Positions 29,208-37,460 of a DNA stretch of 64,000 nt are shown piece after piece (position 1 is the stretch's first letter; every line of letters begins with the position of its first letter). Under the pieces are notes generated by a model, which made no database searches, was not told where the DNA came from, and was given only the letters and a program-made list of their open reading frames with translations. A program made the position numbers and the translations under genes. The stretch is from assembly GCA_036679605.1 (NCBI GenBank), contig JAZDCZ010000180.1:116967-180966 (forward strand), written 5' to 3'. This stretch comes from Gemmatimonadota bacterium. GTDB lineage: Bacteria > Gemmatimonadota > Gemmatimonadetes > Gemmatimonadales > GWC2-71-9.

Positions 29208-30197
29208 CTAGGGTACCTCGATCCGATTGAGCACCCTGGTAACGACATCCTCCGAGGTCACCTCTTCGGCCTCCGCCTCGTAGGTGACGATGACCCGGTG
29301 GCGCAGTACATCCATGCCCACGGCACGCACGTCCTCCGGCGTTACGTAACCACGACGCTTCAAGAACGCGTGGGCACGCGCCGTTTTGGCAAGACAAATG
29401 GATGCTCTTGGCGAGGCACCATATGCGATCAGGTCTGCCAAGTCATCGAGACCGTACGATTTCGGTTCGCGCGTGGCGAAAACGATATCGACAATGTAGC
29501 GCTCGACCTTGGAGTCCATGTAAATCGTCTCGACCGTCTTGCGTGCCCGGATGATCTCGTCCGGACTTACCACGGCAGAGACCTCGGGCTCCGCCCCGAC
29601 CGCCATGCGACGCATGATCTCCAGTTCCTCTTCCTTATTAGGATAGCCGACCGAGAGTTTCAGCATGAAGCGATCGACCTGGGCTTCAGGAAGCGGGTAC
29701 GTGCCCTCCTGTTCGATCGGGTTCTGCGTGGCCAGTACCAAGAAGGGATCGTCCAGCTCGAAACTGTTTTCGCCAATAGTGACCGTCCTCTCCTGCATCG
29801 CCTCGAGCAGCGCCGACTGGACCTTGGCCGGAGACCGGTTGATCTCGTCAGCAAGAATGATGTTGGAGAATATCGGTCCCTTCTTGGTCGTGAAGTCACC
29901 GTTCCGTTGGTCGTATACCAGAGTGCCGATCAAATCTGCCGGAAGCAGATCCGGCGTGAACTGGATGCGCTGGAACTTCGTTTTGATGGCGCGCGACAGG
30001 GTTCGCACTGTCAGCGTTTTTGCGAGACCCGGAACGCCCTCCATCAGCACGTGACCGTTCGCCAACAACCCGATCAGCAACCGGTCGACCATGTATTTCT
30101 GTCCGACTATGACCCGCGAGACTTCGTCGGTCAGCTTGGCGACGAAGACGCTCTCGCGAGTTATCTGTTCCTGAATGGCTTCAATATCCTGACTCAT
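29208..30197 (-). CDS. moxR: MoxR family AAA+ ATPase
   Basis: GVPGLAKT, RIQFTPDLLP, LADEINR, ATQNPIEQEGTYPLPEAQVDRF, GASPRA. Confidence 0.96.
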   Translation of the reverse strand: MSQDIEAIQEQITRESVFVAKLTDEVSRVIVGQKYMVDRLLIGLLANGHVLMEGVPGLAKTLTVRTLSRAIKTKFQRIQFTPDLLPADLIGTLVYDQRNGDFTTKKGPIFSNIILADEINRSPAKVQSALLEAMQERTVTIGENSFELDDPFLVLATQNPIEQEGTYPLPEAQVDRFMLKLSVGYPNKEEELEIMRRMAVGAEPEVSAVVSPDEIIRARKTVETIYMDSKVERYIVDIVFATREPKSYGLDDLADLIAYGASPRASICLAKTARAHAFLKRRGYVTPEDVRAVGMDVLRHRVIVTYEAEAEEVTSEDVVTRVLNRIEVP

Positions 30198-30245
30198 TCC
30201 TATCCTTTCTTAACCTAGATGATCGGATTTCGCTGTTGGTCGCGC

Positions 30246-30656
30246 TCAATCTTCCGCTTCCAATCCCTCGATTCTATGCCGCCACCGGTCTGTCTCCGCA
30301 ACGTTCTCGGGACGGTAGAGAATCACTCGGGCGCGCTCTAGCGTGATTAACCCACCTCCGATCATTTGATCCAGTTCCGGCAGTATCTCCTGGATCTTCT
30401 CCTCCGTCTCTACTACCTCGATCACGACCGGCATGTCCAGCGAAAGCCGGAGGATCTTGTCGGTATGGACCTTGGCATCGGCCCCGAATCCGGCTATGCC
30501 ACGCAGCACAGTGGCGCCGGCCATGCCGGACTCTCTAAACACGTCGAGCAGTGCCTCGTAGAGCAGCTTTCCAGCGCGCGGGCCCTTCTTAACCCGGTCC
30601 TTCTCGGGAATGAAGATTCTCATCAACGTGCGTTCGCCCTTAAATCGATGCGGCAC
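30246..30656 (-). CDS. DUF190 (PII-like) protein
   Basis: AGATVLRGIAGFG, LSLDMPVVIEVV; usual crcB neighbour. Confidence 0.9.
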   Translation of the reverse strand: MPHRFKGERTLMRIFIPEKDRVKKGPRAGKLLYEALLDVFRESGMAGATVLRGIAGFGADAKVHTDKILRLSLDMPVVIEVVETEEKIQEILPELDQMIGGGLITLERARVILYRPENVAETDRWRHRIEGLEAED

Positions 30657-30659
30657 GGT

Positions 30660-31043
30660 TCACCCCCTCGCCTGAATGATATAGGACCCCAAACCCAGTC
30701 CGGCGAACGCCGCCATTAGGCCCAGTAGCACGCTGCCCAGCGTATAGGCCCCCGCTGCCGACCACTCTCCGTGCTCGAGCAGCGCTACCGTCTCGTAGGT
30801 AAACGTACTAAACGTCGTAAAGGCTCCTAACAGACCGATAGTGACCGCGGCCCGAACCTCCGGCGTCGCCGTGGAACTCTGAAAAAGCTTGACCATGAGC
30901 CCCAACAGCAATGATCCCACTACGTTGACCGCCAGCGTGCCCCAGGGGAATCCGCTGCCGGCCCGCTCCTGCACCAGGCCACTCAGGCCATACCGCGAGA
31001 CGGCTCCGACGGCCCCACCCAGCGCCACGTAGATTAGCAACAT
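30660..31043 (-). CDS. crcB: Fluoride efflux channel CrcB/Fluc
   Basis: GGAVGAVSRY, FPWGTLAVN, GLLGAFTTFSTF; fluoride riboswitch upstream. Confidence 0.96.
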   Translation of the reverse strand: MLLIYVALGGAVGAVSRYGLSGLVQERAGSGFPWGTLAVNVVGSLLLGLMVKLFQSSTATPEVRAAVTIGLLGAFTTFSTFTYETVALLEHGEWSAAGAYTLGSVLLGLMAAFAGLGLGSYIIQARG

Positions 31044-31060
31044 GCCTCCTCCATTTCAGC

Positions 31061-31095
31061 AAAACGCCCCCCGCCGGCCCGGTGCCGGTGGGAGG
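31061..31095 (-). terminator. Riboswitch expression-platform terminator hairpin
   Basis: Minus strand CCTCCCACCGGC-ACCGG-GCCGGCGGGGGG then CGTTTT; the 5' arm overlaps the aptamer 3' end. Confidence 0.65.
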
Positions 31096-31150
31096 AGTCA
31101 TCAGCGACCGGAGTCAGCGGTCGCGCTTTAGGCGAACTCCATCGCCTCTG
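31090..31150 (-). ncRNA. Fluoride riboswitch (crcB motif)
   Basis: Minus strand GGCGATGGAGTTCGCC-TAAA...GCGACCG-loop-CGGTCGC-TGATGACTCCT matches the consensus (P1, pseudoknot GGAGT/ACTCC, CTGATG), directly upstream of crcB. Confidence 0.93.
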
Positions 31151-31155
31151 AAGGA

Positions 31156-31185
31156 ACGATAGCGGATCCTGAGCGAACCTGGCAA
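31156..31185 (-). promoter_or_regulatory. Putative sigma70 promoter of the riboswitch-crcB transcript
   Basis: TTGCCA-N18-TATCGT on the minus strand, ending 9 nt before the riboswitch P1. Confidence 0.55.
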
Positions 31186-31214
31186 GGCCGGGCTCTCGCC
31201 GGAACTGGCCACAC

Positions 31215-31245
31215 GAAGAAAGCCCGAGACAACGGCCTCGGGCTT
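31215..31245 (-). terminator. Rho-independent terminator-like hairpin
   Basis: AAGCCCGAG-N8-CTCGGGCTT followed by TCTT on the minus strand. Confidence 0.6.
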
Positions 31246-31427
31246 GCTTCGACTCGTTCGCATTTTACTACTTTGGACGCGTCGCTTCGCTAGGGTTCCA
31301 ATTATACGGGCGAAAGCGAACCTTACAATCCCCAACCCAACCGCCTGGCAATACGGATTATACGTGTATCCACATCACATAAGCTATGATGCTGCTCAGC
31401 CATGCTGCGCAGCCGACGAAACTTTGG

Positions 31428-31823
31428 TTACAGACCACTAGTTTCTGAAATACTCTGCCGGAAGTTGCCGCCGTGTGACGGCAGGATACAGATCTTGCGG
31501 AAGCCGTGCCGCGAGAGGCTCACACAGTAGTCGCGTAGCACCGCCCTGAACGTCTCCGGCTTCAAAGAGATCGTACCGGGAAACGCCATGTGGTGCTCGG
31601 AGCATCAGATACGGATTGTGGGAGCCACCAAGGCATTCCCCAGTCGCTGCGCCACCTCCATGCCGAGCCTGGTGCCGTACTCGGCGTCCACCAGGAGCGG
31701 CAGGTGCGGACCGTGTTGCTCCACCGCGCCGGCCGGAACGATGATGGTAGTCTTGCCGGCCGCGAGTGCCGCGGCAATGTCCGGCGAGGTCATCCGTTCA
31801 AGAAACAACTCGTCATGCGGCAT
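31428..31823 (-). pseudogene. Creatininase-family pseudogene (in-frame TGA and 3' truncation)
   Basis: GGAGG RBS; EQHGPHLPL..D; PTIRI*CSEHHMAFPGT with TGA at 31605-31607 where Gly is expected; homology ends after HGGNF. Confidence 0.85.
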
Positions 31824-31966
31824 CCAATGGTTCCTCCGATAGGGCCACAGAAGATTGGTGCCCAGCCGGCCGGCTACACAAGGGAGTGGGAAATCGTCCC
31901 ACATGAGTATCGGGCAAATTGCCGAACCGCTCGGCTTCAGCAATCACCTCGACACATGCATTGGTT

Positions 31967-32086
31967 ATACGTACAATGTACGTATCGTTGCGCTACGGCT
32001 CGCGTGGGATCGTAAGCTTGATCAATCTTTACCTTCGGGACTGTGCAGCTCATCACCGCAAACTGCGGATGAAGTGGGCGTCGTAA
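31967..32086 (+). pseudogene. Collapsed BrnT/BrnA-like toxin-antitoxin remnant with operator-like palindrome
   Basis: Palindrome ATACGTACA-A-TGTACGTAT; LRLAWDRK (BrnT-like start) adjoins, in another frame, SLINLYLRDCAAHHRKLRMKWAS* (BrnA-like end). Confidence 0.6.
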
Positions 32087-32231
32087 GAAGAGCCGAGCAA
32101 TGCGCTGTACTTGACCGCTCACCGCCACGCGGCTCGCGTCCTGCAAACTTGTTTGTTGGGATGCGCCAGTTCTGGAATACCCTTCAACTCGTTCGGTTGC
32201 ACTGCACCGCCGAGACGGATAGACTGTCTGT

Positions 32232-32447
32232 ATGGCACGCACCGTTCCCGTCGACGACTTGACGGCCGAGGAGCGCATCGAGCTCATCGGCAAGCTCTGG
32301 GACAGTCTCGATCCCGCACTGGCCGCCCCGATAACACCGGCGTTGGCAGCCGAGCTGGACCGCCGGGAGGCTGAGGCTGACGGCGCACCTGACGCGGGCG
32401 ACACGTGGCCGCAGATTCGGGACGACCTCCGTAGGAAGCTCCGGTAG
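32232..32447 (+). CDS. Addiction-module antitoxin (TIGR02574-like)
   Basis: LTAEERIELIGKLWDSL...ELDRR...W pattern, directly upstream of a RelE/ParE toxin. Confidence 0.88.
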   Translation: MARTVPVDDLTAEERIELIGKLWDSLDPALAAPITPALAAELDRREAEADGAPDAGDTWPQIRDDLRRKLR

Positions 32448-32747
32448 TTGCGGCGGCTCCGTGTTCGCAAGACGGCACGGGCCGAGATTACAGCTGCATT
32501 CGAGTGGTATCTGGTGCGATCGCCGTCAGCCGCCGAGCGGTTCCTTGAGGCAATAGACGACGCCATGCGGCTGATCGAAGAGGCTCCGCAGGGCCACCCG
32601 GTCATTCGGGGTCATCTTCGTCGCGTGCTCTTGCGGCGATTCCCGTACGGCGTCTACTACAAGGTTTTCCCCTCGACGATCAGTGTTGTTGGCGTCATTC
32701 ATGGGCACCGACACCCTGACACATGGTTGGGCCGGGCTGCGCCCTAG
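32448..32747 (+). CDS. RelE/ParE family toxin
   Basis: ARAEITAAFEWY, RRVLLRRFPYGVYY, VVGVIHGHRHP. Confidence 0.88.
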   Translation: MRRLRVRKTARAEITAAFEWYLVRSPSAAERFLEAIDDAMRLIEEAPQGHPVIRGHLRRVLLRRFPYGVYYKVFPSTISVVGVIHGHRHPDTWLGRAAP

Positions 32748-33140
32748 CACCTATAAGGCCTCCGGTGTCAAGCGGCTATAACTAGACGACACTGGTTTTC
32801 TTACTTCCCGTTTTTCGGTTCGTTGTCGAGCGGCGGCGGCCGCCGGCTCCGACGCATCGAAATCTTGAGGGAACCTGCAATTGGTATTACCAATCGGCTC
32901 GAACGACCGTATGTTGCAACGCCTTGAGACGGTTGAAATTGTCGATGGAAAGACTGTTACATGATATTCCGTTGCCGGGCCCGGGGAGATCGCGAACCCG
33001 TTTCGCGGCGGGCGTGATACTTGTTCTATGAAAGCGGCGCGGAACCTCCGCTGAGCAGGGCCTATCCTCCAAGGACCGTGTGGGGCGCTCACACGGACCA
33101 CTATGACCATTCGATCTGGGCTTGATCCAAGGGGCCAACA

Positions 33141-33842
33141 TTGAACCCGTTGGCTGCGGTGGCGGAGGTCCTCCACTACGACATTGGCCGCTCTCCCCGG
33201 AAGCCACATCGCGATCGCGATTTTCTGGGGACATGCTTCGCGTTCGGCTCGCCCCGGTTCTTCGTAACGGCCGCCCATTGCCTTGACGGATTCACTGCCG
33301 ACGAGCTGAGCGTCTGCCAAACCGCCCGAACCGGAGCAAGTCTTGTCCGGGTTAACGAGGTTCAGCACCACCCCACAGCTGACCTTGCCGTCTTGTCCCT
33401 AGCTTCTCCTTTCAACGGCCTGACTCCCTTCGCCCGCTCGATCGGCACACCCGGCTTGGGCCTGGATTTCTGGGCGTACGGGTTTCCCGAGGACGTCTTC
33501 GGGCCGCACGCCAGGCAACCTGTGCCCCGCGTGTTCCGTGGCCATTTTCAACGAGGCTTACGCCATGAGAGCCATCTGGGCTACTCATACGACGCAGTCG
33601 AACTGAGCATTACGGCTCCAGCGGGCCTCAGCGGTGGACCTTTGTTCTACGCGCACGAGCCCCACGTTGTTCTCGCCGTCGTGAGCGAGAATCTAGAGAG
33701 CATGACCTTGCTGCATTCAGCCGAGGAGACAGCAAAAGACGGAGTCATTGTGCGCGATCACTTCCACAAGGTTATTCAATACGGCATCGCCGTTGATCTG
33801 CGCCCCTTGCAGAGATGGCTTACCGATTGCACCAGAGCATAG
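33141..33842 (+). CDS. Trypsin-like serine protease, no signal peptide
   Basis: GTCF, VTAAHC (His), ADLAVL (Asp), GLSGGPL (Ser); TTG start. Confidence 0.82.
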   Translation: MNPLAAVAEVLHYDIGRSPRKPHRDRDFLGTCFAFGSPRFFVTAAHCLDGFTADELSVCQTARTGASLVRVNEVQHHPTADLAVLSLASPFNGLTPFARSIGTPGLGLDFWAYGFPEDVFGPHARQPVPRVFRGHFQRGLRHESHLGYSYDAVELSITAPAGLSGGPLFYAHEPHVVLAVVSENLESMTLLHSAEETAKDGVIVRDHFHKVIQYGIAVDLRPLQRWLTDCTRA

Positions 33843-33891
33843 AGGTGCCCAGGTTGCCCGGCAGCGTTTTCGTCCTTGGAGCAACTAACGT

Positions 33892-36291
33892 ATGGCCCTG
33901 AAAAAATCCGAACTCTATAGCTCCCTCTGGCAAAGCTGCGACGAACTCCGCGGCGGCATGGATGCCAGCCAGTACAAGGACTACGTCCTCGTGCTGCTGT
34001 TCATCAAGTACGTGAGCGACAAGTACGCCGGGCAGCGCTATGCGCCGATCACGATCCCGCCCGGCGCGAGCTTCAAAGACATGGTCGCCTTGAAGGGCAA
34101 GAGCGACATCGGCGACGACATCAACAAGAAAATCATCGGGCCGCTGGCCAAGGCCAACAATCTCTCCGACATGCCGGACTTCAACGACGCCACCAAGCTC
34201 GGCAGCGGCAAGGAGAAGGTGGACCGGCTCACCAACCTCATTGCCATCTTCGAGAACCCGGCGCTGGACTTCTCAAAGAACCGCGCCGACGGCGACGACA
34301 TCCTGGGCGACGCCTACGAGTACCTGATGCGGCACTTCGCCACGGAGAGTGGCAAGAGCAAGGGCCAGTTCTACACTCCCGCCGAGGTCAGCCGCATCAT
34401 GGCGCAGATCTTGGGCATCCGCACCGCGAAGACGAGCAACTCCACCACCGTCTACGATCCCACCTGCGGCTCCGGTTCGCTGCTCCTGAAGGTGGCTGAC
34501 GAGGCGCGCACGGACGTCACGCTCAACGGGCAAGAAAAGGACGCCGCCACCAGCGGCCTCGCACACATGAACATGATCCTGCACAACAACGCCACTGCGG
34601 TCGTTGCGCAGGGAAACACCCTCTCCAATCCCTTCTTCAAGGACGGCGACACCTTGAAGACCTTCGACTACGTGGTCGCCAATCCGCCGTTCAGCGACAA
34701 GCGCTGGAGCACCGGCCTCGATCCGCTGAACGACCGGTTCGAGCGCTTCGAACCGTTCGGTGTGCCACCCACCAAGCAGGGCGACTACGCCTACCTGCTG
34801 CACATCGTCCGCTCGCTCAAGAGCACCGGCAAGGGCGCGTGCATCCTGCCACACGGCGTGCTGTTCCGGGGCAACGCCGAGGCCGACATCCGCCGCGCCC
34901 TCGTGCGCAAAGGCTACATCAAAGGCATCATCGGCCTGCCCGCCAACCTGTTCTACGGCACCGGCATCCCTGCGTGCATCGTTGTCGTAGACAAGCAGGA
35001 CGCCCATGCCCGGAAGGGCATCTTCATGATCGACGCGAGCAAGGGCTTCATGAAGGACGGCCCCAAGAACCGTCTGCGCAGCATGGACATCCACAAGATC
35101 GTGGACATCTTCAACAAGCGGCTCGACGTCCCCAAGTACGCGCGGATGGTGAGCGTCGAAGAGATCGAGCAGAACGAGTTCAACCTCAACCTGCCGCGCT
35201 ACATCGACAGCCAGACGCCAGAAGACGTGCAGGACATCGCGGGCCACTTGCAGGGCGGCATCCCCGTCGCAGATGTCGATGCGCTCGAACGCTACTGGAA
35301 CATCTGTCCACAGCTCCGGCGCGCTTTGTTTAAGAAACGGCGCGCCGGTTACTTCGATCTCGCCATGGAGCAGTCGGCCATCAAGTCCGCGATCTACGAG
35401 CACCCAGAGTTCGCTGCCTTCATCGCCGACATGAACGCCCATTTCGCTACGTGGCGTGGGAAAAGTGCCAAGATGCTGAAGGCTCTGAAGACCGGCTTCC
35501 ATCCCAAGGAACTCATCGCTGGAATCTCCGAGGACGCGCTTGCGCACTACGCCGACAAGCCGCTCATCGACCCCTACGATGTCTATCAGCACCTGATGGA
35601 CTACTGGGCAACGACAATGCAGGATGACTGCTACCTGATCGCCGCCGACGGCTGGAAGGCCGAGACCACCCGCATCCTCGTGAAGGACAAGAAGGGCAAG
35701 GAGAAGGACAAGGGCTGGACCTGCGACCTCATCCCGAAAGCTCTCATCGTCGCCCGCTACTTCGCCAAGGAGCAGGCGGCCGTCGACCAACTCGCCGTCG
35801 AGCTGGAAAGTGTCAGCGCAGCACTCAACGAGCTGGAGGAAGAACACGGCGGCGAGGACGGGGCGTTCGCCGAACTCGACAAAGTGAACAAGGCCTCAGT
35901 CGCTGCGCGACTGAAAGAGATCAAGGGTGACAAGGAAGCAAAAGACGAGGCCCCCGTGCTGAGCGCCTGGCTAAAGCGCAAGTCCGAAGAGGCCGGCATC
36001 AAGAAGCGGCTCAAAGAAGCGGAGGCCGCCCTCGACGCCCAGGTCTACGCCAAGTATCGCAAGCTCACCGAATCCGAGATCAAGACGCTGGTGGTGAACG
36101 ACAAGTGGCTCGCTGGGCTCGACGCCGCCATCCACGGCGAGATGGACCGTATCAGCCAGGCACTTACCCAACGGGTAAAGGAGTTGGCCGGGCGCTACGA
36201 GACTCCGGTGACACAGTTGTCCGGCCGTGTGGCCGAATTGGAGGCCACAGTGAACCGCCACCTGGAAACCATGGGGTTCGCATGGAAGTGA
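33892..36291 (+). CDS. hsdM: Type I R-M methyltransferase subunit, long form
   Basis: DELRGGMD, GQFYTP, YDPTCGSGSLL, VANPPF, LPHGVLFRG. Confidence 0.96.
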   Translation: MALKKSELYSSLWQSCDELRGGMDASQYKDYVLVLLFIKYVSDKYAGQRYAPITIPPGASFKDMVALKGKSDIGDDINKKIIGPLAKANNLSDMPDFNDATKLGSGKEKVDRLTNLIAIFENPALDFSKNRADGDDILGDAYEYLMRHFATESGKSKGQFYTPAEVSRIMAQILGIRTAKTSNSTTVYDPTCGSGSLLLKVADEARTDVTLNGQEKDAATSGLAHMNMILHNNATAVVAQGNTLSNPFFKDGDTLKTFDYVVANPPFSDKRWSTGLDPLNDRFERFEPFGVPPTKQGDYAYLLHIVRSLKSTGKGACILPHGVLFRGNAEADIRRALVRKGYIKGIIGLPANLFYGTGIPACIVVVDKQDAHARKGIFMIDASKGFMKDGPKNRLRSMDIHKIVDIFNKRLDVPKYARMVSVEEIEQNEFNLNLPRYIDSQTPEDVQDIAGHLQGGIPVADVDALERYWNICPQLRRALFKKRRAGYFDLAMEQSAIKSAIYEHPEFAAFIADMNAHFATWRGKSAKMLKALKTGFHPKELIAGISEDALAHYADKPLIDPYDVYQHLMDYWATTMQDDCYLIAADGWKAETTRILVKDKKGKEKDKGWTCDLIPKALIVARYFAKEQAAVDQLAVELESVSAALNELEEEHGGEDGAFAELDKVNKASVAARLKEIKGDKEAKDEAPVLSAWLKRKSEEAGIKKRLKEAEAALDAQVYAKYRKLTESEIKTLVVNDKWLAGLDAAIHGEMDRISQALTQRVKELAGRYETPVTQLSGRVAELEATVNRHLETMGFAWK

Positions 36292-37460
36292 AGCCCGGCT
36301 ACAAGCAGACGGAGGTAGGGGTGATTCCGGAGGATTGGGAGGTGAAACCCGCCGGCCAGATTGGCGCTCCGGTCAGAGGTGGATCACCGCGGCCTGCCGG
36401 CGATCCCAGATATTTCAATGGATCATACATCCCTTGGCTAACGGTCGCAGCGCTTACGAACATCCCGGCATCACAGCTTGTGGTATCGGAAACGGCGACG
36501 TGTTTGACCGAAGAAGGTTCCTTGCAAAGTAGAACGCTGACGGCCGGCACGCTAATCATTGCTAATAGCGGCGCGACTCTGGGTGTTGCGAAAGTCCTTG
36601 GCATTGAGTGCTGTGCGAACGACGGAATCGCCGCACTGCTTAGTCTCAGCAAGCGTGTCAGTCCCCAGTACTTGGCATATTTCATAAACACCAAGACAGG
36701 CTACCTGCGGGATATTGTTGCGACTGGTAATGGACAGCCAAACCTGAACACGGCGCTCATAGGCGACTTCAAGATCCCGCTCCCGCCCACCAAAGCCGAA
36801 CAAGAAACCATCGCCGAGGCGTTGAGCGATGCGGATGCCCTCATCGAATCCCTGGAGCAACTCGTCGTCAAGAAGCGCCAGATCAAACAAGGCGCCATGC
36901 AGGAATTGCTCACCGGCAAGAAGCGTCTGCCGGGGTTTAGCGGGGAGTGGGAGGTGAAGAGGTTGGGGCAAATGTTGACTATCTGCCATGGCAAGAGTCA
37001 ACGCGACGTTGAAGCTACGGATGGCCCATACCCAATCCTCGCGACTGGCGGCGAAATCGGTAGGGCAAATCGCTTTCTATACGACAAAGCATCTGTCCTG
37101 ATTGGTCGAAAGGGAACGATTGACCAACCTCAATACATGGATACCCCGTTCTGGACAGTGGACACGCTATTCTACTCAGTCGTTCATGCGCCCAATCACG
37201 CCAAGTTCATCTTCTACCGGTTCTGTTTGATCGACTGGAAGCGGCACAACGAGGCATCCGGCGTTCCGAGTCTAAATGCGGGGACAATCGAAGAGATAGA
37301 AATCAACAGTCCTGGGCCAGACGAACAAACGGCCATCGCCACCGTCCTCTCCGACATGGACGCGGAGATGGCTGCGCTGGAGGCCAAGCTCGCCAAGGCC
37401 CGTAGCATCAAGCATGGCATGATGCAGGAACTGCTGACGGGGAGAATTCGCCTGATATGA
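36282..37460 (+). CDS. hsdS: Type I R-M specificity subunit
   Basis: GVIPEDWEV, two TRDs, conserved EQ..IA..LSD.D..I/M..LE...K...IK.G.MQELLTG repeats. Confidence 0.95.
   Translation: MEVKPGYKQTEVGVIPEDWEVKPAGQIGAPVRGGSPRPAGDPRYFNGSYIPWLTVAALTNIPASQLVVSETATCLTEEGSLQSRTLTAGTLIIANSGATLGVAKVLGIECCANDGIAALLSLSKRVSPQYLAYFINTKTGYLRDIVATGNGQPNLNTALIGDFKIPLPPTKAEQETIAEALSDADALIESLEQLVVKKRQIKQGAMQELLTGKKRLPGFSGEWEVKRLGQMLTICHGKSQRDVEATDGPYPILATGGEIGRANRFLYDKASVLIGRKGTIDQPQYMDTPFWTVDTLFYSVVHAPNHAKFIFYRFCLIDWKRHNEASGVPSLNAGTIEEIEINSPGPDEQTAIATVLSDMDAEMAALEAKLAKARSIKHGMMQELLTGRIRLI

Noticed and set aside
31605..31607. In-frame TGA as selenocysteine or recoded codon
   Set aside because: The position corresponds to Gly, not Cys; the gene is also truncated; TGA is an ordinary stop in many other genes here.
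32751..33140. ORFs and palindromes (e.g. ATTGGTATTACCAAT) between toxin and protease
   Set aside because: No recognisable protein or RNA motif; isolated short palindromes are insufficient.
34273..35847. Long antisense ORFs over hsdM (also over hsdR, moxR and the EcxA-like gene)
   Set aside because: Expected shadows of strongly GC3-biased sense genes.
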